In this document: positions 10,722 through 21,253 of the stretch, piece after piece
Layout of the letters: the number at the start of each line of letters is the position of its first letter
Numbering within the stretch: position 1 is the first letter of the stretch
NCBI GenBank assembly: GCA_002269645.1
Contig: NIVC01001724.1
Coordinates: 62,001-126,000 of the forward strand
Direction of reading: 5' to 3'
Source of the DNA: Macrostomum lignano
Lineage: Eukaryota
DNA: 64,000 nt
The notes under the pieces: generated by a model
What the model saw: only the letters and a program-made list of their open reading frames with translations
What the model was told of the DNA's origin: nothing
Databases searched by the model: none
Translations under genes and position numbers: made by a program

Positions 10722-13700
10722 ATAAACATTAGAAGTAAACATAGTTGTGACATTGTCACTGGTAAATAGATAAAAATTAGTTTTAATTTTCCAAATCAAT
10801 GACAATAACTAGTAAACTAAGGGCCTAAATATAGCTGATTTTCTTTAGCTATAGATTAAATTTTATTTCAATAGCATACTTAAGCTTAGTGCTAAATGAC
10901 TACCTATTAATATTACTAAAGTTTAAAATAAAAAATGAAATGATTAATTTAAATTCATGTAGGGGCCTATATTACTGTGATCTCAGCAGACAGAAGTTAA
11001 AAAGTTAAAAGCACATGTACTAATGTATTTTTGTCTATGGCTGAAATCAGTGAAATGCTTGTTCGGTCAGGGAGGTTACTACACTTAAGTGAGCACAGCG
11101 AGCCAAAGAGCTTTGGAGTACAAGTGCCCATGTGATATCCGCACACCCGTCAAGTTTAAGACCTTTGAACCCAACTCATTAGTCAACAAAATTACAGAAA
11201 TTGATTGCGGTTGGTTTGGTATCTAACTTGTCGAGTGATAAAAACAGTACACTTACAGCAGTTAAAATTTGCCAAACTACAGAGACACATGGGTAAGAAA
11301 CGCAATCGTTTCTGTCACATGACAAGCTTTTAAAAGATAAATAAAGTAAGTACAAAAAACTAAAATAAGGTCAGTATTCTGCAAACCTACATAAAAATCG
11401 TTTGTTTTTAGTTAAAATGCAAAGCTTACTAAAAATAGTTTTCGCCTTTGAACACGACAATTGTTTCAGAACCAGAATATATATTTCCGATTCTTGAACC
11501 AGTATTGGTAGGAAAATCAAAATCATAATCATTCAAATTGTTTCAAGTGTTTCATTAGCTTTTACAAGCAATGGATTTCTCGATCAAAATTTTTGAACCT
11601 GCAGCTGACAACGGTTCTGGAACTGATTCTTGAATACGGAACATTGAAGATGAAGCACAAGTGCTGTTTTCGGAAGCAGTAATATGAAAACGCTGTATTA
11701 AGTGATTCTGCGTACGCGGACACAAAATGATAGCAGTGCAGTTTCTGGACGCAGGACAATACAATTACATGCTAGAAAAAATCGGCGAATTTCTATCTTT
11801 TTTAATTGATTCAATGCGCTGTAGCTGATCCCGTTGGCCTTTTTCTTACATGTATAGATTTTGTTGAGTTTATGGCGAAATTGTTTAGCGAAAACGGACC
11901 TCTTATGTTGTAAGTTTTCTTTTAGGCCTTGCTGACTTTTACCCAAGTATATAATTATTTTACCTATTATAATTATTTATATACCTATAAGCTATATTTG
12001 TCTTATTTTACATAATTCTTCTTGCTCTTTTCGGACTCGGCTTACTTTGCTGTCTTATATCGGGCCTTTCCGCTAGGCCGCTAGGCCTCTTCGGGTTAAT
12101 TTATTTACTCGCATTTTTGTGTCAATTGGACTGATGACTGACTTCTCGGCCGATCTTCTGCTGGACCTCTAAGGGCCTCCTTTTTTAATAACTAATTTCT
12201 GACGGGGCAGATGCTAAGTACCCGAGGGTGCTGCGTCAGCAGGCCGCAGTGCCTCGAGCGGGCGTCGGTGTAGATTGGGTGAGAGAGACCAGAGAGATAA
12301 AAGAACTATTTTACCGCAGTGCGCCCTCATCCCGCTCGCTACGTGGGCCCTCTACCCCTAATGGTGTTCACCAGCTTGGACCTGCCATCCTGCTGGTCCT
12401 TGTGAGCGCTCTTTCTTGGTTCGGCCGTCGCTTCTTGGTGTCTCCGGTGCTCGAAGTTGCTGTCGCGCGCTCTGTTGAATTTCCTTGCTGATACTTGCTC
12501 TGGGGTACCCCTATGTAAATGTTCATTCCCAGAGCTTTACGCTAATTCCTGGCGAATTTGCTGAATTGGAATCTTCTGTTGATAGCCCTGCCGGTCCTGA
12601 ATTCTTATACTAGTTTTCGTGCCTATCTGGCACTGCATTAAATAGTTACGGTAAGCATGCATTTTTTGTCCTTTTAAAAAGATTTTTCTCTGTTTTTGTT
12701 TGTTTTCTATAATTTCTTTGGTGCTCTTTTACAGCAGCTTGTAAATGAGCAAATCAGGGAATTAAGCTGCACTCATCCTGTCCTTCCGCGCTCCTGCCTC
12801 CGCCGATGAAGTTACTCAGCCATACCGTGCGATCTCGTCAGGTTGAAATTTGTAGATGACTCTGAGGTCAGAGGGAACCACTTGTAAGTCTTCTTTTAGG
12901 CCTTGCTGACTTTTACCTAAGTCGGTCTCTCATGCACTTCCGTTCTAAATAATTCTTAAGCCTAAAAGATCTTACAACCGAGATCGTCAGCCGGTTGGCT
13001 ACAAATTGAGCCTTTAGCACAAAGGAAAAATATAAGTCGCTTGGATTTAAATGAACTGCACAGGAGTTCTAGCTACCACTTAAGGTTCTTTTAAGGCTCA
13101 TTTCGGGGCCGAGGCCGTGTCTATTTTATAGATTTTACACGTCATCCCCCGCCGCTGATTAGCAACGGCGGGGTGCCAAAACAGACGCAGCAACATTAGA
13201 TTAGCGCGTTGCTACGGGGCAACAGAGATAATTTAATATCTGTTAGTTGGTCGCCTCAGGCGATGGTTAAAGGTCAGTTCAGGGTTCATTATTCGAGTCG
13301 ATTCGCACGTCAGACCACCCGTGCGTCCCTCGGTGAGTCGTTCTTTCGCTCCCTGGGCCGATCCACGTACGTCACCGCTGACCTTGGCCTGTTGACCATC
13401 GCTCTATCTCGCCCGCCAGTCGGGGTATCTTGCTGTATCGATTCTCCTGGCACCGCGCCGACTGACTCTGCCTAGTACCTCGGCCAACTTTGAAGTCGTC
13501 TCGTTTGGTCTGAAATCTTGGGGGACAGTGACAGTTAAGTTCTTATCATATGAATGATTTATTTCGCTTTCTTGTCGTTCTTTTAATTTCTTTTACTCAA
13601 GTGTCAGGGACAACTTAACCATAGGCAGACGGATGGCCGTTTTCGTCCATTCTGTCTACCTCCAAGCTAGACGGCATAAAATCAATAGTACATTAATACC

Positions 13701-13859
13701 CATGCTTTAAGGGCGTTAATGGGAAAATCAGAGGGCGCCGTTAGGCACAATAATAGCTATTATTGTGCCTAACGGTATTAATAGCTATTAATAGCTAATA
13801 GCTATAAATAATAGCTATTATTGTGCCATAGACATTTGTGTCCTTGACAAAGTGGGACA

Positions 13860-14970
13860 AAATTAGCGGGCAGTTAATGACATTAACTGCCCGCTAATTT
13901 GCATTAAAGTAAGTTTGGCAAAGATAATCGGGCGTTTAATGTCATTAACTGCCCGCTAATTTGCATTAAAGTAAGTTTGGCAAAGATAATCGGGCGTTTA
14001 ATGTCATTAACTGACCGCTAATTTGCATTAAAGTAAGTTTGGCAAAGATAATCGGGCGTTTAATGTCATTAACTGACCGCTAATTTGCATTAAAGTAAGT
14101 TTGGCAAAGATAATCGGGCGTTTAATGACATTAACTGCCCGCTAATTTGCATTAAAGTAAGTTTGGCAAAGATAATCGGGCGTTTAATGTCATTAACTGA
14201 CCGCTAATTTGCATTAAAGTAAGTTTGGCAAAGATAATCGGGCGTTTAATGACATTAACTGCCCGCTAATTTGCATTAAAGTAAGTTTGGCAAAGATAAT
14301 CGGGCGTTTAATGTCATTAACTGACCGCTAATTTGCATTAAAGTAAGTTTGGCAAAGATAATCGGGCGTTTAATGACATTAACTGACCGCTAATTTGCAT
14401 TAAAGTAAGTTTGGCAAAGATAATCGGGCGTTTAATGTCATTAACTGACCGCTAATTTGCATTAAAGTAAGTTTGGCAAAGATAATCGGGCGTTTAATGT
14501 CATTAACTGACCGCTAATTTGCATTAAAGTAAGTTTGGCAAAGATAATCGGGCGTTTAATGACATTAACTGCCCGCTAATTTGCATTAAAGTAAGTTTGG
14601 CAAAGATAATCGGGCGTTTAATGTCATTAACTGACCGCTAATTTGCATTAAAGTAAGTTTGGCAAAGATAATCGGGCGTTTAATGACATTAACTGCCCGC
14701 TAATTTGCATTAAAGTAAGTTTGGCAAAGATAATCGGGCGTTTAATGTCATTAACTGACCGCTAATTTGCATTAAAGTAAGTTTGGCAAAGATAATCGGG
14801 CGTTTAATGTCATTAACTGACCGCTAATTTGCATTAAAGTAAGTTTGGCAAAGATAATCGGGCGTTTAATGTCATTAACTGACCGCTAATTTGCATTAAA
14901 GTAAGTTTGGCAAAGATAATCGGGCGTTTAATGTCATTAACTGACCGCTAATTTGCATTAAAGTAAGTTT
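13860..14970. repeat. 62-bp satellite, ~17 copies, starting with a 41-bp palindrome
   Basis: Period measured 13893 to 13955; unit gctaatttgcattaaagtaagtttggcaaagataatcgggcgtttaatg(t/a)cattaactg(a/c)cc. Confidence 0.97.
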
Positions 14971-15538
14971 GACTCCTGTAAGCGGGCTTAAATGTAGTCT
15001 ATGGCATTAAAAGGCAAGAATAAGTGCCCAGCGGGCACAAAGGTCATGGTACAATCTCTATGGGCCAGATTTGTTGGATTTTTTACCACAGCCGTTCCCG
15101 ACGACTAGAGGCCGAAAACGGCCATATAGATATTGTGTATAAGGACTACTGACTGCTATATATAACCATATTTATAATCAATAGAACTTCATTCCTTCAT
15201 CTATGTATCTAACACACCAATAAGGCAACGATAGTTTCCCATAGTGAATGATAAAGTAACCTGCACAGAGTAGAATGGTTTACAGTCGATTAACAGCCGC
15301 CAAGAAACAAGTGCCAAGAGACTGTTCTGACTGAAAAAATGTTTCCTGTGGCTGCTAGACTTAACGAGTGTGTATTTTTAATGCGGAAAAACAATGCAGT
15401 TAATGTAAACTGAGGTTGACTATAATAGTATAGTAATGCACAACGCAAGAAGTAATTTACTGAATGAAATGTATAAACTAATAAACTGAACAGGAATGAT
15501 TACAGGTACACGTTAGAAGTGTCCGATACAATTGTTTT

Positions 15539-17197
15539 TTATGTATGGCTGGCACTAAAGCACGCGCCAAGGCACAGAGCTGGCCTCCCTGGACACGTGG
15601 AGCAGACAAAGACGGTTCTCCTTTTGCACTTGCGAGGTCGGGCCTGGGCTCCTTCTTTGGGCGCCTTTGGCACTGCAGCAACTGGAGCAGCTGGAGGACC
15701 TCGGCGTCTGGCAACACCGGTTTCCGCAACCAGAATATCTAACGCCTTGCGCAAGAAGTGCAGGAAGGACATGCTGCCGCCGTGGTAATTGTACAAGATC
15801 CAGGCGTTGCGGACAAGCAGCACAATCAGATGGAAAGCCAGCTTGTTGAACCAGCGCAGCGACTTGCGGTTTGCTATGTAGGGACTCGTGTTAGAGTCCA
15901 TGCGGTCCACTCCACCCATACAACGACTGTACGTGGTGATGCTGACCGGCTTCGCCACCACTTGCTGCTGACCACCAGGGCGAACGCGGGCTACATCGTG
16001 GCACTGCGCGTTACCTGCCGTGTCCAGCAAGTACACAGTCTTCTTGCCACTGTTCTTGGAGTCTACAAACTTGCACGCCAGCACGTTGCCACACCTTGCG
16101 AATGCTGATGATGTAGGGTGCATGTTAGTGTCTCGCAGCAGTGGCGGCGGTCCACGATCTTTGCGCACGGTGCCAGTCAGCATGGTGTCGCGGGCCAGTA
16201 GCCACGAAGCCAGTCGGTACGATGTAAACCAACTGTCGGTGAAGATGCGATGGCCAAGATGTAGAATGTCGCGGCATAGCTCGGCTACGACTCGCTCACT
16301 AAAGGACAGGGCCTCACAGTCCAGTCCGGCACCAAACCTGGCATTCTCCTGCTGCGTTGTGTGAACGGCAAAGTTCCACAGGTATCCGGACTTGGCCTCA
16401 CACAGGCAGTATAACTTGATACCATACTTGCTCTTCTTAGAAGGAATGTACTGCCTAAACTGTACCCGTCCTTTGTACATGACCGGAGTCTCGTCAATTG
16501 ATAGATTCTGATCGGGCATGTACGAGTAGTTGTTCCGACAGGCGTGCTGCACAAGAGCAAGGAATGGAGAGATTTTGTCCACAGGGCTTTGAGGAGCGAG
16601 ACCAGCGCTACTGTAAAAGCGAAGGCAGAAGAGAATCTGCTTGAAACGATCGCGCGAAAGTGAATGTGGCTGAGCTAGAAACGTGCAGTGGTACACAGGA
16701 TCCTTTGTCCAGTATGAGCTGATCTCCGGCTTGTCATCAATGCCCATAAGCAACACGATGCCGATCAGCTTCTTCACCTCGTCAACACTGCAATCCTTCC
16801 ATGTAGACACAACCTTTGGTATCTCATCAGCTGACCTTTCCTGAGCGAAACTCCAGGCCCGTTCGTTCGTCCACCTTGCAATGTTCCCGAACAGCTCGTC
16901 GGTTAGGTATTGGTGCAAAAACTCTGACTCACTGCCATTCGCTGATTGTGGTGGTACCCAGTCCGGCCGAAAACCTGGGGTGCCCATGAACTCTGGGACA
17001 GCCGTGGGCCTGTCGTCCGTCCCTTCGATAGCTTGGTGCCACTCGTGTTCTTCCTCGATTTCGACGTCCTCATCTGAGCTGCTGGCGCTTTCAACGTTGT
17101 CACCATCCTCACCTGGCTCTTCATCAAAATAAAACGATCCGTCCTCGTCGTCAGTGAGAAAATTGTCCTCCGAGTCCGACGTGTAAATGAGATCCAT
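15539..17197 (-). CDS. piggyBac (PGBD4-like) transposase, 552 aa, open reading frame
   Basis: Acidic N-terminus, NLSIDET, YGIKLYCLCEAKSGY, IFTDSWFTS, GTVRKDR, MGGVDRMD (DDD triad) and C-terminal CSTC...LCLGACFSASH. Confidence 0.93.
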   Translation of the reverse strand: MDLIYTSDSEDNFLTDDEDGSFYFDEEPGEDGDNVESASSSDEDVEIEEEHEWHQAIEGTDDRPTAVPEFMGTPGFRPDWVPPQSANGSESEFLHQYLTDELFGNIARWTNERAWSFAQERSADEIPKVVSTWKDCSVDEVKKLIGIVLLMGIDDKPEISSYWTKDPVYHCTFLAQPHSLSRDRFKQILFCLRFYSSAGLAPQSPVDKISPFLALVQHACRNNYSYMPDQNLSIDETPVMYKGRVQFRQYIPSKKSKYGIKLYCLCEAKSGYLWNFAVHTTQQENARFGAGLDCEALSFSERVVAELCRDILHLGHRIFTDSWFTSYRLASWLLARDTMLTGTVRKDRGPPPLLRDTNMHPTSSAFARCGNVLACKFVDSKNSGKKTVYLLDTAGNAQCHDVARVRPGGQQQVVAKPVSITTYSRCMGGVDRMDSNTSPYIANRKSLRWFNKLAFHLIVLLVRNAWILYNYHGGSMSFLHFLRKALDILVAETGVARRRGPPAAPVAAVPKAPKEGAQARPRKCKRRTVFVCSTCPGRPALCLGACFSASHT

Positions 17198-17378
17198 AAC
17201 TAGTCAAAACTAAACTAAAAGCAAAATTCTCATATAAAGCAGCCCGTATAAATGAATTAAATAAGCGAACAGACACTAAATTTAAGCGAGACTATTGGCG
17301 GGAACGGTTATAAGCGCCTTTATAAGCGCCTAAAACTGCAGTCAAATATATAGTTTTTTAAACTCAAATAGAGGTTAA

Positions 17379-18855
17379 ACTACCGGGACGCGAAACCAGC
17401 CAAATCATGGCGAAAAACGTTGGGGGCTCGTTCATTCTATGGTCCTATAGCTGAGATACTTTAATTAGATTGGAAAATGAAATTAGAATTGGTGCAGAAA
17501 TGTCGTGAAAATTTTTCTTATAAAACCAACAAGTCGTAGTTTTACCCCTGTACAGAGCCGAAATGTGTTTTATTAAAATCCTGAATAATACGCACAAAAT
17601 GGCGTACAATACTCGCGACAAGCAGTCATAACAAAGTATAAGGGAAGGCATAACAAAAAAGTAAAAACTTGTAAGAAAAAGTGATGTGTGTGTAAACGAA
17701 AACGTGCATCGGGCTCGGTTGGAAAAGAAAATATTCTTGTTCGTTTAGTTTCAGAGTTGTAGTTTGATCTGCACGTTCGTGGCATGGCTTTCTCTCAACT
17801 ACAGGCGCATGATTCTTAGAGCTCATTGAAAATTATAGAAGCCCCTCAGCAGTCGACTTACTTTAGTATAGGATTTTTCGTTTGATTTCATAAAATTGTC
17901 ATTTGATTTCGTCCATAGAAGTTGGCAGCGCGGCCATAGAGTCTATGGCAATAAAGTGCGCTGTTTTCCGATTGAATTCATAACTTTGCCACTTCATTTC
18001 GACATACCCAGTAGAAAGGCAACAGAAAAGTCGATGCGCTTGTCCAGTACAGAAAGAACTGTTAAAAACAGAAAGCTGTGTATTTAAGTCACATAAGGAA
18101 GTAGACAGTTGCAACAGTGAAATCAGTTACGAGTATGTCCGCCAAAGTTAATGCTCGTTCGCTGCAACAAGCTACAAATTTCACATTATCTGCTGCTCAT
18201 TGATGCACAGGGGCAGAAACCGCATCACATGTCGTTCCCAGGCAAGGCACTTCGCGGCGGAAATTTCCTCTAGTGCAACGTAGCCGCAGCGGAAAAGCAC
18301 CATGAGACTCCACTGCGTTAGGTTGATGCCATCAGGCGGATTGCTAAGTCACTTTCTAAGTCACTTTTAAGTCCGTCACTTTCTCACCCCTGTTCATTGC
18401 TTCAATGACAAGATGCCTTCTGTCGTTTCCAATGGACGCGTATGCAGCCATTTTTAGGCACACAAGGAAGGTGACTGTTGCCCAAGAAGAGGACACGTTC
18501 ATATAGGCTTTTCATTTCTATGAGAGGTTTGGCCATAGATACTCACCCACTGATATTCCAGCCCCCTCTGGCAGTGTTTGAGTCACTCCGCGCGTCAAGT
18601 CGAAATGATGTGGCAAAGTTATGAATTCAATTGGAAAACAGCGCACTTTATTGCCATAGACTCTATGGCCGCGCTGCCAACTTCTATGGACGAAATCAAA
18701 TGACAATTTTATGAAATCAAGCGAAAAATCCTATACTAGAACGAAGAAGGCGCGTATCACAAAGCAAAACACATTAAATTGTCCACAGCCATAGACAAAC
18801 AAACGAGCCCCCGACTTTTTTCGCCATGATTTGGCTTGTTTCGCGTCCCGGTGGT
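17379..18855. mobile_element. Non-autonomous TTAA-flanked TIR element (Kolobok- or piggyBac-type) with THAP-like remnant
   Basis: TTAA at 17375-78 and 18856-59; ~62-bp imperfect TIRs (ac.accgggacgcgaaac.agccaaatcatggcgaaaaa...ctatgg); MPRTCRSNY..RIFSFPTEPDARFR on the minus strand near 17700-17785. Confidence 0.75.
17864..18738. repeat. Internal ~140-bp inverted repeat (17864-18003 / 18599-18738), possibly a nested MITE with TA flanks
   Basis: ORFs 17896+ and 18706- give the same peptide over ~36 aa. Confidence 0.85.
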
Positions 18856-20185
18856 TTAAGTTGTCCCTGTTAAGTGTCTTATCTCTAAATTGAACTTTCG
18901 CCCCCTGATTTTTGCTTCTTACTTTGCCCTTTAGAGAACCTTTTTTATTTGCTCAGACTTTTCCTAATTTCTAATCCCTATATAAACTTTTTAAAAATAT
19001 TCGTAACTTTATTAGACTACTGCATCGATCTTTTTTGCATTTGCAAAAAGAAAAATTTGCTGAAAAGGCAATGCTGAGATCGATTCATTCATGCATCGAA
19101 ACATTTAGCAAAGTGAGATGTTATTCTGCTATTAGCTATACTACTGCTAGCATGTTATTCACTAGTATAGCGTCCTGACGTGTTAAGTCGTCCAATACAA
19201 ACTTACAAAGAATAATAATATTTAATTACATTTATATGATGGTCCAATATTGTTTTAAACTCATTTTTGCACGTGTGATGGCGTGTCAAAGGCAAAAATC
19301 CCAAAATTTGTCTACATGTAGCTCAGTTGACATGCAATGATCGAGGAACCAAAAGCACGACTATACATGTATATTGAGTATATCTACTGTATGTACCATC
19401 TACTGTGCATGTACGGGCGTGGTTGCCAAGATCTCCAAGCTTAGCAGACTACTATAAAAGTAGTAAGATAAAAACATGAATAAGCTATTTAAAAACTAAC
19501 ATGAGTCATACTCTACGAGCGAATTTCAGTAATACCTGCAATATCACGTAAACAGCGAGTGATCATTACATAGTCCGAAAAACCGGCCGGTTTTCAACCG
19601 ATATTTCCAAATATGGTAAATGTCAATTTAAATGCGACCTAAGCTTCACCCCTTTTCTACGTAAAACCCCACCGGTCAATGGACAAAGTACATTTCTTGA
19701 TTGTTATCAATGAAACCGGTTTGGGGCTCAAGGTCGAATAAAAGTGTAAAAATACAAGCGAGAAATCCGAGCTGAAACCTCAGACTCAGAGCAGCCTTAA
19801 GAAATCTTGGGCTTAGCCAGAGCTACTAAGCAAGGCTATATCTCTGAGAGAGACAAACACAAATTGGTAAGCCTTTGTTAGAGTCTTTGTTACTTGAGTC
19901 TTTGTTATTCGATTATTAAGAGCTGTGTCATTGCCGGCCGTTGCTGATCAGTCGATTTATTAAGTTATTGAATTTGAGGCCTCCCTATTCCTAAGGGATT
20001 GGATAGGATCTGCGGACCGATTCCAATACTCTTAGTCGATTATTGATTGATTGATTTTGGTACCCTAGAGTAACCGATAGGAGCACACGACTCCGATTCC
20101 GTTATTTCTAGAAGAAGACCCCCTTTCGGAGGACTTCGTCATTGTTATAGAGTTGACTTTGTTATTAGGGCGCATCTCTGATCTC

Positions 20186-21253
20186 AGCACTCGAGGAATA
20201 TAATGGTTTCGGCACTCGAGGAATATATCGATTTCTGCACTCGAGGAATATATCGATTTCTGCACTCGAGGAATATATCGATTTCTGCACTCGAGGAATA
20301 TAATGGTTTCTGCACTCGAGGAATATATCGATTTCTGCACTCGAGGAATATATCGATTTCTGCACTCGAGGAATATATCGATTTCTGCACTCGAGGAATA
20401 TAATGGTTTCTGCAATCCAGGAATATATCGATTTCTGCACTCGAGGAATATAATGGTTTCTGCAATCGAGGAATATATCGATTTCTGCACTCGAGGAATA
20501 TATCGATTTCTGCACTCGAGGAATATATCGATTTCTGCACTCGAGGAATATAATGGTTTCTGCAATCGAGGAATATATCGATTTCTGCACTCGAGGAATA
20601 TATCGATTTCTGCACTCGAGGAATATAATGGTTTCTGCAATCGAGGAATATATCGATTTCTGCACTCGAGGAATATATCGATTTCTGCACTCGAGGAATA
20701 TATCGATTTCTGCACTCGAGGAATATAATGGTTTCTGCAATCGAGGAATATATCGATTTCTGCACTCGAGGAATATATCGATTTCTGCACTCGAGGAATA
20801 TAATGGTTTCTGCAATCGAGGAATATATCGATTTCTGCACTCGAGGAATATATTGATTTCTGCACTCGAGGAATATAATGGTTTCTGCAATCGAGGAATA
20901 TATCGATTTCTGCACTCGAGGAATATATCGATTTCTGCACTCGAGGAATATATCGATTTCTGCACTCGAGGAATATAATGGTTTCTGCAATCGAGGAATA
21001 TATCGATTTCTGCACTCGAGGAATATATCGATTTCTGCACTCGAGGAATATATCGATTTCTGCACTCGAGGAATATAATGGTTTCTGCAATCGAGGAATA
21101 TATCGATTTCTGCACTCGAGGAATATATCGATTTCTGCACTCGAGGAATATAATGGTTTCTGCAATCGAGGAATATATCGATTTCTGCACTCGAGGAATA
21201 TATCGATTTCTGCAATCGAGGAATATAATGGTTTCTGCACTCGAGGAATATAT
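20186..21253. repeat. 25-bp minisatellite with two alternating variants (tgcactcgaggaatatatcgatttc / tgca.tcgaggaatataatggtttc)
   Basis: Direct reading; source of all ORFs at 20065-21301. Confidence 0.97.

Larger units (their letters stand above)
13605..18869. mobile_element. Nested composite DNA-transposon region bounded by 14-bp inverted repeats cagggacaacttaa / ttaagttgtccctg
   Basis: Perfect 14-bp IR; flanks tcaagtgt / ttaagtgt match 7 of 8; internal TTAA junctions at 13615, 17375 and 18856; recurring CCATAG(A)C motif. Confidence 0.55.

Noticed and set aside
12130-12995. Hammerhead ribozyme cores (ctgatga at ~12132; ctgacga on the minus strand at ~12990)
   Set aside because: No GAAA follows a stem II, so the core cannot be completed.
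13277-13288. gttcagggttca as a telomerase RNA template (TTCAGGG)
   Set aside because: It does not fit the TTAGGG repeat expected for most invertebrates, and a 12-nt match is within chance.
13893-14970. Regular 62-bp array as a CRISPR locus
   Set aside because: Units are identical end to end with no unique spacers, there are no cas genes, and the context is eukaryotic.
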